A program made the translations under genes and the position numbers. This document shows, in pieces, positions 18,885 through 28,125 of a stretch of 64,000 nucleotides of DNA. The DNA comes from an uncultured Candidatus Saccharibacteria bacterium (GTDB lineage: Bacteria > Patescibacteriota > Minisyncoccia > Phycocordibacterales > G965230995), in contig OZ246398.1 of NCBI GenBank assembly GCA_965230995.1, positions 144,227-208,226 of the forward strand, read 5' to 3'. Position 1 is the stretch's first letter, and the number at the start of each line of letters is the position of its first letter. The notes below the pieces were generated by a model. That model saw only the letters and a program-made list of their open reading frames with translations. It searched no databases and had not been told where the DNA came from.

Positions 18885-19472
18885 ATGAAAAAAACTAGCA
18901 TTTCATTAATCATTGTACTCAGTTTATTGGCTACTCCAGTATTTGTAGGAGCAGAGTCGAGAGAAAATCCAGAAAGAAAAACCGAGATGGAGAGAGAAAG
19001 AGAAGAAGTACAAGAACGATTGCAAGAAAAAAGAACCGAGAAACAAGAAAAAATTGAGGAAAGAAAAGAAAAAAAAGAAACTAAACTGAAAGAAAAAACA
19101 AAAGAGAACGTAGAAAGGATACTGGGCAAATCAAAAGAGAACCTTGAAAAAACAGTCGCTAGATTGGAAAAGCTAGCAGACAAAGTAGAGTCCAGAATAG
19201 AAAAATTTAATGAAAATGGATCAAACGTAGAAGATTCATTAGCTCTCCTTGCGACAGCAAGAGCAGAAATAGAGAAAGCTAAAACAGCCGTAACAGGAAT
19301 AAACCCTGACAACATTGTTTACGGAGAGATTCCAAAAGATGCATATATAGAAATAAAAAAAGAAATCGCTGATGCAAAACTTGCAATAAAAAATTCAAAA
19401 ACAGCACTGACAGAAGTGGTAAAAAGCCTAAAAGCAAATGACGAGGAGGAAAAAACAGAAGAAAACAATTAA
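18885..19472 (+). CDS. secreted K/E-rich coiled-coil protein
   Basis: signal peptide MKKTSISLIIVLSLLATPVFVGA then charged heptad-like sequence. Confidence 0.5.
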   Translation: MKKTSISLIIVLSLLATPVFVGAESRENPERKTEMEREREEVQERLQEKRTEKQEKIEERKEKKETKLKEKTKENVERILGKSKENLEKTVARLEKLADKVESRIEKFNENGSNVEDSLALLATARAEIEKAKTAVTGINPDNIVYGEIPKDAYIEIKKEIADAKLAIKNSKTALTEVVKSLKANDEEEKTEENN

Positions 19473-19489
19473 GAACATAATCTAAAAAA

Positions 19490-19723
19490 ATGGAAAGCGA
19501 AAAATCATATGGACCAATAATAGGACTAGTCATAATCATCCTCGTTATTGCTCTTGGAAGTGTATATTTCCTACAAAAAAGAGAAGAAGCTCCTACTCCA
19601 AAAATACAGGACACAGAGCAGGTATCTGAAAATGACGACATAGAAACCCTAGAATCAGAAATTGACGCCACTGTTACCGAAGATCTAGATGCAGAAATAG
19701 ACGGACTTGAAGCGCAGTTATAG
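19490..19723 (+). CDS. small single-TM protein with acidic tail
   Basis: 77 aa; followed directly by a GC hairpin terminator. Confidence 0.4.
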   Translation: MESEKSYGPIIGLVIIILVIALGSVYFLQKREEAPTPKIQDTEQVSENDDIETLESEIDATVTEDLDAEIDGLEAQL

Positions 19724-19730
19724 AAGATAG

Positions 19731-19761
19731 AAAGCGGGCGCCCGCTGGGCGCCCGTTTTTC
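19731..19761. terminator. rho-independent terminator
   Basis: aaagcgggcgcccgctgggcgcccgtttttc. Confidence 0.55.
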
Positions 19762-19813
19762 TTTTCTTGCCATTTTCTCTGTTTTTGTTAGTCTTCGTGT
19801 ATAAAATAAAACT

Positions 19814-20950
19814 ATGACAAACAAAGACACAACAAAGAAAGACGACAAAAAGCATTATCAGAACATCAAGGTTACAAAGCTTCCAAAATCAAAAGTAGAG
19901 ATAGAGGGAGAAATCAGCTCTGAAAAAATGGATTCGGTTTGGAAAAAGGCTGTAGCCAAAGTGAGCGAAAATATAGAATTGCCAGGTTTCCGAAAAGGAA
20001 AAGCACCAGAAAATGTCCTAATCCAAAAAGTCGGAGAAATGCCGATTCTAGAAGAAGCAGGAGAAATTGCTCTCTCCGAAGTTTATGCTGACATATTGAT
20101 TGATCACAGTGTCGATGCAATCGGACGACCACAAGTCTCTATTACAAAACTTGCAAAAGGAAATCCTCTTGGTTTCAAAATTATTACTTCAATCGTACCT
20201 ACAGTAACTCTCAAGGACTACAAAAAAGAAGTCGAAAAAATTGCAAAAGAAAAAGATGATGTAAATGCAACCGACGAGGACGTAAACAAAGTCATAGACA
20301 GTATTCAAAACAACAGAAAGCAAATCGAAAGACAAAAATTAGAAAAAGAAGCAAAGGAAAAAGGAGATAGTGCAGAAATAAAAGACGAGGATATTACCGT
20401 TCCGGCTTTTGATGATGACTTTGTAAAAACACTTGGCGACTTTAAAGACGTTGCTGATTTCAGAGAAAAAATTCTTGCAAACATAAAAAAAGAAAAAGAA
20501 CGCGAAGCAAAAGATAAAAAGCGATCAAAAATAATAGACGTTCTCGTCGAAAAAACAGAAGTCGATATGCCAGATATTCTAATTGAAAGTGAAATGGAAA
20601 AAATGATGGCGCAATTTTCTGACGACCTTGCTAGAGCGAGAATTACAATGGAAGATTATCTAAAACAAATCGGCAAGACAATTGAAGACATCAAAAAGGA
20701 ATGGCTTCCAAGCGCAGAGAAAAGAGTCAAAGTCCAGCTCGCACTAAACAAAGTAGCCGAAGAAGAAAAAATAAAACCAACAGAAGAAGACATCAAAAAA
20801 GAAGTCGCTCATCTAACATCACATTACAAAGATGCAGATCCAATAAGGGCAAGAATGTATATTGAATCTGTGCTCGTAAATGAAATGGTATTGCGAAATC
20901 TTGCCGGAGAATCAATGGAAGATATCAAAACTCACGATCACGATCATTAA
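19814..20950 (+). CDS. tig: trigger factor
   Basis: 378 aa; ribosome-binding signature GFRKGKAP; PPIase-like middle region. Confidence 0.85.
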   Translation: MTNKDTTKKDDKKHYQNIKVTKLPKSKVEIEGEISSEKMDSVWKKAVAKVSENIELPGFRKGKAPENVLIQKVGEMPILEEAGEIALSEVYADILIDHSVDAIGRPQVSITKLAKGNPLGFKIITSIVPTVTLKDYKKEVEKIAKEKDDVNATDEDVNKVIDSIQNNRKQIERQKLEKEAKEKGDSAEIKDEDITVPAFDDDFVKTLGDFKDVADFREKILANIKKEKEREAKDKKRSKIIDVLVEKTEVDMPDILIESEMEKMMAQFSDDLARARITMEDYLKQIGKTIEDIKKEWLPSAEKRVKVQLALNKVAEEEKIKPTEEDIKKEVAHLTSHYKDADPIRARMYIESVLVNEMVLRNLAGESMEDIKTHDHDH

Positions 20951-20951
20951 G

Positions 20952-20975
20952 AAAGCGGGCCCTTTGGCCCGCCTC
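20952..20975. terminator. terminator hairpin
   Basis: aaagcgggccc tttg ggcccgcctct. Confidence 0.5.
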
Positions 20976-20977
20976 TG

Positions 20978-21337
20978 CTACCCCCTTCCTGCCCATTTGT
21001 TGTTTAAAGTGATTACGTACCACTCCTCGAAACGATCGAGGGCAACTTTCAGCATAGGGAACTGTTCTCCATGCCTCAGGCATTGCTGGTACCGCACCCA
21101 AACTTCTGAAAGATCAATCTCTCCTCTAGTGTATTCCCCGATGGAGCTACACAGACTGGAGATTTCTTTCCTCAGGTCTTTCCTCTTGTCGATAAGCCTC
21201 CCGTGGCTCCGCTCCAGTTCGTCCATTGCATTCCAAAAATGACGCTGAGCTTCAGATTGGAAGAACTTCACCATTGCAAAAACAATCACAATGACCATGA
21301 GAAATAGCGTGGCTTTTTCAAACAAAAAGGCAACCAT
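20978..21337 (-). CDS. hypothetical N-terminally anchored protein (moderately GC-enriched ORF)
   Basis: 119 aa; N-terminal TM; local GC near 48% against about 35% background. Confidence 0.4.
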   Translation of the reverse strand: MVAFLFEKATLFLMVIVIVFAMVKFFQSEAQRHFWNAMDELERSHGRLIDKRKDLRKEISSLCSSIGEYTRGEIDLSEVWVRYQQCLRHGEQFPMLKVALDRFEEWYVITLNNKWAGRG

Positions 21338-21357
21338 ATGCCACCTCGCTTTCTCGG

Positions 21358-22044
21358 CTAGTCTAACAGAAGAACAGACGAAATTGCAATAGACGCTGTT
21401 TCGGCACGCAAAACTTGTTTGCCCAAAGAAACTATTTTTATATTTTTTCTTTTCAAGATATTTAAATCATTTTGATCAAACCCCCCTTCTGGTCCTATTA
21501 TCACCGAAACATCTTTTTGGTTTTTTATTTCTGTTTTTTGTATTTCTTCACCATTCATATCCAAAGCAAAAATATTTTCTGGCACTTCTTCGATTGAAAT
21601 TGTTTCTCCGAGCAAAAGCAAATTCCCCCGCTCTGATTGTTCAGAAGCTTCTTTGATTATTTTTTCCAATCTTTCTTTTTTGAAATTTTGTTTTTCTGTT
21701 CTGTTTGAAATAACAGGGACGATTTTTGTCACACCCAATTCAGTTGCTTTTTCACAAACTGTTTCAAATTTATCTTTCTTTGGAATACACACAAACAAAG
21801 TGACTTTTTTTGTTGGCAAGAAAACAGAAACAGGAACGGCAGAAACGTCAAAAGAAACTTCGTCTTTTCCGAAACTTGCGACTGTAGCCTCGAGAGCCTG
21901 ACCATTTTTATCGAGCAAACCAACTTTATCGCCTGCTTTCATGCGAAAAACTTTCCTTATCTGATGCGTTAGTTCTTTATCTGAAACATTCAAACTTTCA
22001 CCTGCTACTATTTTTTCATTTATAAAAAATCTTTGTAATTTCAT
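21358..22044 (-). CDS. rsmE: 16S rRNA (uracil1498-N3)-methyltransferase RsmE
   Basis: 228 aa; RsmE N-terminal PUA-like and C-terminal SPOUT-like blocks. Confidence 0.8.
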   Translation of the reverse strand: MKLQRFFINEKIVAGESLNVSDKELTHQIRKVFRMKAGDKVGLLDKNGQALEATVASFGKDEVSFDVSAVPVSVFLPTKKVTLFVCIPKKDKFETVCEKATELGVTKIVPVISNRTEKQNFKKERLEKIIKEASEQSERGNLLLLGETISIEEVPENIFALDMNGEEIQKTEIKNQKDVSVIIGPEGGFDQNDLNILKRKNIKIVSLGKQVLRAETASIAISSVLLLD

Positions 22045-22097
22045 ACTTCAAATATATAGAGCGAAGCCACTGCACGCAAGCGCGCAGTGGCTCGTCC

Positions 22098-22292
22098 CTA
22101 GAAACATGATGAGACTGCCTTCTCCAAGCCGGCAATCATCTTTGTTATGCGTCCGGGGATACGAACTCTATATGTGACGAGAACCTTGTGGGCATTAATC
22201 AAGTCCTGTTCGAGCGTTTCTGTGTACACAGGGATACTGACCCCGTATGTTTCCGCAGTTGAGCGAAAGTACTTCCACAATTCTTGATCCAT
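22098..22292 (-). CDS. hypothetical small protein (uncertain)
   Basis: 64 aa ORF in a GC-elevated patch; overlapping alternative-frame ORF 22199..22414 makes a frameshifted longer gene possible. Confidence 0.25.
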   Translation of the reverse strand: MDQELWKYFRSTAETYGVSIPVYTETLEQDLINAHKVLVTYRVRIPGRITKMIAGLEKAVSSCF

Positions 22293-22471
22293 AAGGTCTC
22301 CGAAGAGGTGAGAATGTTCAAAAAAGAGCCCAAAGCCTCTAATATTTTATCTTTTATCATTATCTTTTTCACCATTGCCATATCCCCAAAAATACGTACA
22401 ATGTTTGGAGCCACAAAACGTGGCGTGGTCGATCTTTAACAGAAAAAGCCTTTATTTGGCTTGTTAATTAC

Positions 22472-22810
22472 GTGAACATCATGCTTATATTTTTTATAGG
22501 CATGGCCGAAATGATGGTAACTACACTGTGGACAAAATACGTTTCAGAGAGAAAGATTGTCGCGAGCACTTTTGTGACGATGATCAATATCTTTATGTGG
22601 TATTTCGTTCTTAGCGTTATTATCAAAGACATTAACAACACAGCGATTATCTTTTTGTACGCTCTAGGATGCGGAGCAGGAACAATGGTTTCCCTCGCCC
22701 TCCCAGAACTCACAAAGCGATTTCGCAAGGTCATGCGAACAAGAAAAAAAGTCGCGACTCGGAACACGCCGATAACCCGCGCAACCCACATATATGCAAT
22801 ACACAAGTGA
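22472..22810 (+). CDS. hypothetical small membrane protein
   Basis: 112 aa with 3 hydrophobic helices; long inverted-repeat terminator downstream; competing antisense ORF exists. Confidence 0.35.
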   Translation: MNIMLIFFIGMAEMMVTTLWTKYVSERKIVASTFVTMINIFMWYFVLSVIIKDINNTAIIFLYALGCGAGTMVSLALPELTKRFRKVMRTRKKVATRNTPITRATHIYAIHK

Positions 22811-22837
22811 AGATCCACTGAGTATCAACTGAAAACC

Positions 22838-22880
22838 GCCTCGTTTTACAAAAAACTTAGGCGGTTTTCAGTTGGTATCT
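22838..22880. terminator. long inverted repeat / bidirectional terminator
   Basis: ctgaaaaccgcc ...20 nt... ggcggttttcag. Confidence 0.5.
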
Positions 22881-22900
22881 TTCACAAATTATTATTAAAA

Positions 22901-23416
22901 TCACAGAAATCTTAAATAATAATATAGCGCCACTACAGCAATAACCATCAACAAAACTAAGAGATTATCTCTTATTCTTTTATTTTTTTCTGTTTCAGTT
23001 GGTAAAATAGCATTATCTATAATTTGAGGCTTTCCAAACAAAAGCCCGCCGACGGCAGACAAAAGAACGATAACATATGGTACAGAGAATAAGACCAGAC
23101 CAAATATATCACCAAATGATTCAGAATGTGGTATTTCATAATTGAACATATTTTTTACCGCAGAAAAAGCAAACCAGATAATTATAAATTGTGCAAAAGA
23201 TGAAACGGTAAAATAATTTGAACCCAAAACTTTTTTCTTTTTGGCTATAAATTTTATTATTACAAACAACATCACCACAAAAATACTAAACACCAAACCA
23301 AAAACAGAAAAATCCTTATCTCCTATCACGAAAGCAAGACCGTGCGCAATAGCTAAAACAAAATAAGAGACGACAGTAATAAATATTATTAACTCATTAA
23401 AACTAGATTTTTTCAT
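22901..23416 (-). CDS. hypothetical polytopic membrane protein
   Basis: 171 aa, 4-5 TM helices. Confidence 0.5.
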   Translation of the reverse strand: MKKSSFNELIIFITVVSYFVLAIAHGLAFVIGDKDFSVFGLVFSIFVVMLFVIIKFIAKKKKVLGSNYFTVSSFAQFIIIWFAFSAVKNMFNYEIPHSESFGDIFGLVLFSVPYVIVLLSAVGGLLFGKPQIIDNAILPTETEKNKRIRDNLLVLLMVIAVVALYYYLRFL

Positions 23417-23500
23417 AAAAGATATTATAGCATAGCATTTTTTCTTTACATCTCCCCTTTTTATCTATATCGTATAGTCATTAATCTTTAAAAGAAAACA

Positions 23501-24085
23501 ATGTTAATTCCAACAGTAATAGAAAAATCACAATTTGGTGAAAGAGCCTATGATATCTATTCGAGACTCCTACGAGAGCGAATAGTTTTTCTCGGCGGAC
23601 CAATCAATGACGACGTTGCGAATATTATAATCGCACAGCTTCTCTTTCTCACATCCGAGGATCCAAAGAAAGACATTTCTCTGTACATAAATTCACCGGG
23701 CGGATCAGTTTCTGCTGGGCTTGCGATAGTAGACACAATGAATCACATCAAGCCAAAAGTTTCGACAGTATGTGTCGGTATTGCCGCTTCGATGGGTGCA
23801 GTCATTCTTTCAGCCGGAGAAAAAGGTATGCGATTTGCACTACCTAATTCCGAAGTTATGATTCACCAACCGCTCGGTGGTGTCGAAGGTCAAGCAACTG
23901 ACATTGAGATCACAGCGAAACATATTATAAAAACAAGAGAGAGATTAAATAAAATACTTGCAAAAAATACCGGCAAGACCCTACCGCAAATTGACAAAGA
24001 TGTAGACCGAGACTTTTTTATGGATGCAGAAGAAGCAAAAAAATACGGCATCATCGACAAAGTCCTCAGCGGAAAAGAAAAATAA
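23501..24085 (+). CDS. clpP: ATP-dependent Clp protease proteolytic subunit
   Basis: 194 aa; catalytic Ser context GxASMGA, His-Gln-Pro and Asp blocks typical of ClpP. Confidence 0.9.
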   Translation: MLIPTVIEKSQFGERAYDIYSRLLRERIVFLGGPINDDVANIIIAQLLFLTSEDPKKDISLYINSPGGSVSAGLAIVDTMNHIKPKVSTVCVGIAASMGAVILSAGEKGMRFALPNSEVMIHQPLGGVEGQATDIEITAKHIIKTRERLNKILAKNTGKTLPQIDKDVDRDFFMDAEEAKKYGIIDKVLSGKEK

Positions 24086-24103
24086 AAAAAGCCCCACAAA
24101 TAG

Positions 24104-24135
24104 CCCCGCCTCTGGCGGGGCTTTAACATTTTTGT
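24104..24135. terminator. rho-independent terminator
   Basis: gccccgcc tct ggcggggc then tttaacattttt. Confidence 0.55.
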
Positions 24136-24356
24136 GAAAAAAATCTGTAAGCTTTACAAATGGCGAGTTTTCTTATACTATGCGTATATTAGCCATTTTA
24201 CATTTAGTGTCGCTTTTTGACTCTCCGCACGACAGAAACTTCAGCCACTACCGAGGCTAATTGCACCAAATTATGTTTTCTATAAAAACTCAAACGTCTA
24301 ATAGATCACCCTATTTTGGCGCTTAAAAAAGCCAAAAAGCGATTTTATTCGCACAT

Positions 24357-25886
24357 ATGTCAATAAAGATAGTATTACTGCTTGCTGGTTTTGCCGGCCT
24401 AGTGGGTACTGCCTTTGGTTATTTCTTGCGATGGATCATTTCACTCGGACAAAAAGGTTCGATGGAACTCGAGATCAAGCAAATGATGCTCGAAGCAAAA
24501 GACGAAGCAAAGAAAATAATTGATGGAGCAGAAGCCAAAGCAGAAGAAACATTAAAAGAAGCTAGAAAAGAAGCCAAAGAGAAGGATGAACAGAACAAGA
24601 AGAACGAAGATCGTTTAATTAAAAGAGAGGAATTTCTCGACGAACGACAGCGAGATATAGATCGTGATGCCGAAGAATTAAAGAAAAAGATTGTCGAAGT
24701 AAAGACAATAAAAGAAAAGGTAGACAAAATGGAGGCGGACAAAAAATCCGAACTCGAAAAAATTGCTGGTCTATCTAGCGAAGACGCAAAGAATATCCTC
24801 GTAAAGAAAATCGAAGAAGAATCCGAGGAAGATTTGATGGTTAGATTGCAAAAACTGGATATTGCAGGCGAAGAAAGAGTTGAAAAGAAAGCTCAAGAAA
24901 TTCTCGCTCTCTCAATCCAAAGACTTGCAAACTCTGTTGCATCCGATGCTATGTCTACTATCGTGTCTATTCCTTCTGACGAAATAAAGGGAAAGATTAT
25001 CGGAAAGGAAGGACGAAATATCAAAGCATTTGAACGTGCAACTGGAGTCGAAGTCATTGTCGATGATACTCCAGGTACAATTACAATCTCTTCTTTTGAT
25101 CCTGTACGAAGGCAGGTCGCAAAAACAGCTCTCGAAGAATTAATCCGAGACGGCAGAATACAGCCAGTTAGAATCGAAGAAATTGCAGAAAAAGCAAAAC
25201 AAGAAATAAATAAGATTATAAAAGAGAAAGGAGAAGCTGCTGTTTATGAATGTGGAATACTCAATCTCGATCCTCGCATAATCTCAATACTTGGACGATT
25301 ACATTTCAGAACAAGCTACGGACAAAATGTTTTGCAACACTCTATCGAGATGTCACACATAGCCGGAATGATTGCAACAGAAATCGGCGCAAACGTAATG
25401 GTGGCAAAAGCTGGTGCCCTGCTTCACGATATAGGTAAAGCCCTAGACCACGAAGTAACAGGAACACACGTTGAAATCGGAAGAAGAATACTTCAAAAAT
25501 TCGGTGCAAAAGAAGAAATCATAAGGGCAATGGAAGCACACCACGAAGAATACCCATATAGCACAATTGAATCTAGAATCGTTCAGGCAGCTGATGCAAT
25601 ATCTGGTTCAAGACCAGGAGCGCGAAGGGACAGTGTAGAAAATTATCTAAAGAGACTCGAAGAATTGGAAGCGGTTGCTACATCATTTAAAGGAGTCGAT
25701 AAAGCATACGCTTTGCAAGCAGGTCGTGAGATACGAATATTCGTAACTCCAAGCGAATTAAATGACATTGAATCAAGAAAACTCGCACGAGAGATCGCTC
25801 TCAGAATTGAAGCAGAATTAAAATATCCTGGTGAAATAAAAGTAAACGTCATAAGAGAAACAAGATCAATAGAATACGCGAGATAA
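24357..25886 (+). CDS. rny: ribonuclease Y
   Basis: 509 aa; N-terminal TM, coiled-coil, KH domain and HD domain (HDIGK). Confidence 0.9.
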   Translation: MSIKIVLLLAGFAGLVGTAFGYFLRWIISLGQKGSMELEIKQMMLEAKDEAKKIIDGAEAKAEETLKEARKEAKEKDEQNKKNEDRLIKREEFLDERQRDIDRDAEELKKKIVEVKTIKEKVDKMEADKKSELEKIAGLSSEDAKNILVKKIEEESEEDLMVRLQKLDIAGEERVEKKAQEILALSIQRLANSVASDAMSTIVSIPSDEIKGKIIGKEGRNIKAFERATGVEVIVDDTPGTITISSFDPVRRQVAKTALEELIRDGRIQPVRIEEIAEKAKQEINKIIKEKGEAAVYECGILNLDPRIISILGRLHFRTSYGQNVLQHSIEMSHIAGMIATEIGANVMVAKAGALLHDIGKALDHEVTGTHVEIGRRILQKFGAKEEIIRAMEAHHEEYPYSTIESRIVQAADAISGSRPGARRDSVENYLKRLEELEAVATSFKGVDKAYALQAGREIRIFVTPSELNDIESRKLAREIALRIEAELKYPGEIKVNVIRETRSIEYAR

Positions 25887-25894
25887 TAAAAACA

Positions 25895-25919
25895 AAAAAT
25901 GCCGAAAGGCATTTTTTGT
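25895..25919. terminator. rho-independent terminator
   Basis: aaaaaatgcc gaaa ggcattttttg. Confidence 0.6.
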
Positions 25920-26108
25920 TTTAACGGCTTTATAGAGCCATCAGAAAATATGACACATTTATTTTTTTTGTAAAATACATATCGTTATTTAAAGCCCTAT
26001 TTTGCCCTTGCACCAAAAAAGCGTTGATATATAATGGTATAAGGACGAAAAAGACAGAAGCATATCTATGCGGAAGTCAAAATTATTAAGTAATAGATAA
26101 CTATTCAT

Positions 26109-26381
26109 ATGAATAAGGTAGCATTAGTTGAGGCAGTGCACGAAGTAGTAGGCGGAACAAAAGTTCAAGCTGAGCAAGTAGTGGACAAAGTTATCGACTC
26201 AATAGTCGCAACTCTAAAGAAAGGAGAGGAAGTTTCAATCGCAGGTCTTGGAATCTTTTCAGTAAAGACAAGAGCAGCAAGAACAGCTCGAAACCCACGA
26301 ACAGGAGAAATGGTTCAAGTTCCTTCAATGAAAGTTCCAAAGTTCCGAGCAGCAAAAGCTCTAAAGGATGCCGTAAAATAG
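26109..26381 (+). CDS. hup: DNA-binding protein HU
   Basis: 90 aa; RNPRTGE arm motif. Confidence 0.9.
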   Translation: MNKVALVEAVHEVVGGTKVQAEQVVDKVIDSIVATLKKGEEVSIAGLGIFSVKTRAARTARNPRTGEMVQVPSMKVPKFRAAKALKDAVK

Positions 26382-26402
26382 TATTCCAACCACTATTTAA
26401 AA

Positions 26403-26430
26403 CAAAAAAACCGCGTTAGCGGTTTTTTTG
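26403..26430. terminator. bidirectional terminator
   Basis: aaaaaaaccgcg tta gcggtttttttg. Confidence 0.6.
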
Positions 26431-26436
26431 TTTTAG

Positions 26437-26540
26437 TGCGGGTGGGGAGAATCGACCCTCACAGGGTCAGTACCCCGATTGGATTTTTCTGTTCGTTTCA
26501 CTCCAGAAAAATGCTCAATCGGGCTTCGATTCTCCCACAC
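26437..26540. repeat. tRNA-linked repeat element copy 1: duplicated 3' end of tRNA-Gly + 62-nt conserved hairpin + inverted T-arm copy
   Basis: 26437-26455 repeats the last 19 nt of tRNA-Gly(TCC) (antisense on the plus strand); 26468-26529 is 62/62 identical to 28978-29039; 26521-26536 is an inverted near-copy of the tRNA-Gly T-arm. Confidence 0.6.
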
Positions 26541-26580
26541 AAGGTCTCCCAGACCTTGCTCATACCCGTATAGACATAAA

Positions 26581-26612
26581 CAAAAGCCGTCCAAGAAGAG
26601 GACGGCTTTTGT
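26581..26612 (-). terminator. terminator of tRNA-Gly(TCC)
   Basis: aaaagccgtcc aagaaga ggacggcttttgttt. Confidence 0.5.
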
Positions 26613-26620
26613 TTATGTTG

Positions 26621-26691
26621 TGCGGGTGGGGAGAATCGAACTCCCGTTTACACATTGGAAGTGTGTCATTCTACCACTAAACTACACCCGC
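26621..26691 (-). tRNA. tRNA-Gly (anticodon TCC)
   Basis: minus-strand gcgggtgtagtttagtggtagaatgacacacttccaatgtgtaaacgggagttcgattctccccacccgca; cloverleaf with acaca/tgtgt anticodon stem and loop cttccaa. Confidence 0.85.
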
Positions 26692-26735
26692 AGACTCAAA
26701 TAATATATCACAAAACTATATTTTGCCAAGCAGTT

Positions 26736-27050
26736 TTATTTATCTTTAATTGGCAATTTGCTCACTTTTATTACTTCACTAAAATCGTCTTTTTCAGAGA
26801 CACCGTTCTTTATTCGATAACCACATTTAATGCATTCGTGCAAAATTACATCTTTGCCTTTTTGTTTTAAAACTCCAATTGGTTTCATTGCTCCTTTGCA
26901 TGGCTCGAGTCTATCTCCCGGAAAAATATCGACATGCTTGCTCCACAAACATTTTGGACAATGATTAGTAAAACCATCACCAACAACGGATGTCTGACAT
27001 TGATCACAAATAAAATCTTCTTTTCTTTTTTGAAACTTTTTTACGTTCAT
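26736..27050 (-). CDS. RNHCP-domain zinc-ribbon protein
   Basis: CDQC...NHCPKC...HECIKCGY Cys clusters typical of the RNHCP domain; start taken at MNVKKF. Confidence 0.5.
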   Translation of the reverse strand: MNVKKFQKRKEDFICDQCQTSVVGDGFTNHCPKCLWSKHVDIFPGDRLEPCKGAMKPIGVLKQKGKDVILHECIKCGYRIKNGVSEKDDFSEVIKVSKLPIKDK

Positions 27051-27063
27051 TAGGTATGTGTAA

Positions 27064-28077
27064 TTAGAGAACTTTGACAATAACGTCCTTCAAATATCCA
27101 TTTTGAAAATTTGTTTTTTCTCCTATCTTTGCAACTCCATCCGAGACAAATCTTACAGAAAGAGGCTTGCTGTATTTATTACTAAGCTGTTGTATTAGTT
27201 TCAATATTTCAACTACCCTCTTTTTATCTTGATCAATTGCAATAGGATAAGTATCAATACCTAACCCTGAATGTAAACTCAAAAATATGTTTCTTTCAAT
27301 ACTAAAGTTTCCTTTTTCATATTCATCGGCTAATTCAAAATCTTCGAGACACGGAAACATAAGCCCGCAGAGGCCAACGGGGTTTGGGTTTTCACTCTTG
27401 ATAAATTTAGAAATAGTTGTATATGTATCTGTTGTAACAGAGTGATTAAAATCTAGCCCAATTCTTTTTATAAAATTAACTAAACTGCTTGAACCACTAA
27501 AAAGCGGAGCAATTGAAGAGTCTATTCCTAGATAACCATCTATATTTTTTAACAACAAATCAAGTTCTATCCAAACTTTTTTCATTTCCTCCAACCACTC
27601 ATTTAGATTTTTGCTTTCTTCTGATAAATCAGTCGGCTGTAAACCAACAGAAAAACCTTTCTGTTTAAATTTAGCAGATGGAAAATATGGACTTGAAAAT
27701 GGAGTATTGAATCCATAGGTAAAACGAAAAGTATTCTCAGGCTTTTTGTTTATAATTTTAAAAAGGACGTCAACATGTTTTTCAGAAATTTCCTCCTTTG
27801 TTAAATCAAGACTAATCGATTTGTTGTCAGATACTAAAAAGTCTGCAAGATTTTTATCTATCTTATCAAAACTTTGCTCTCCTAGGGACAACAAGATATT
27901 TTTATCTGTAAGCTCATTCTTATCAAAAACAGTATTGTATTCTGGCAGGCAAATTCTTCTAGTTTGTAAAGTAAAACCGTTATCTCTAAGGACACTGGAG
28001 ATCATCTCAATTTTTTTAATTTCATCTGGAGTAACCCTATCCGAGAAAAGACAAACTGTGCGAACTATTTTTTTCAT
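27064..28077 (-). CDS. hypothetical protein
   Basis: 337 aa soluble ORF; overlaps the RNHCP gene by a few codons, so probably co-transcribed. Confidence 0.5.
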   Translation of the reverse strand: MKKIVRTVCLFSDRVTPDEIKKIEMISSVLRDNGFTLQTRRICLPEYNTVFDKNELTDKNILLSLGEQSFDKIDKNLADFLVSDNKSISLDLTKEEISEKHVDVLFKIINKKPENTFRFTYGFNTPFSSPYFPSAKFKQKGFSVGLQPTDLSEESKNLNEWLEEMKKVWIELDLLLKNIDGYLGIDSSIAPLFSGSSSLVNFIKRIGLDFNHSVTTDTYTTISKFIKSENPNPVGLCGLMFPCLEDFELADEYEKGNFSIERNIFLSLHSGLGIDTYPIAIDQDKKRVVEILKLIQQLSNKYSKPLSVRFVSDGVAKIGEKTNFQNGYLKDVIVKVL

Positions 28078-28125
28078 ATTTAGTTGATTTAGTTATGAAT
28101 ACTTGAAGCAATATAAAACCACTAT

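Noticed and set aside
18671-19848. 214-aa and 189-aa minus-strand ORFs
   Set aside because: They are antisense to ppa, the secreted coiled-coil gene and tig. Ser/Leu/Phe-rich composition makes them antisense artefacts; they also cross two terminators.
26479-26703. 74-aa ORF MDFSVRFTPEKCSIGLR..., and its twin 28989-29198 starting with the same 17 residues
   Set aside because: Both are translations of the 62-nt tRNA-linked repeat running into tRNA genes and terminators. There is no RBS, and the shared N-terminus is simply the repeat, so they are not protein-coding.
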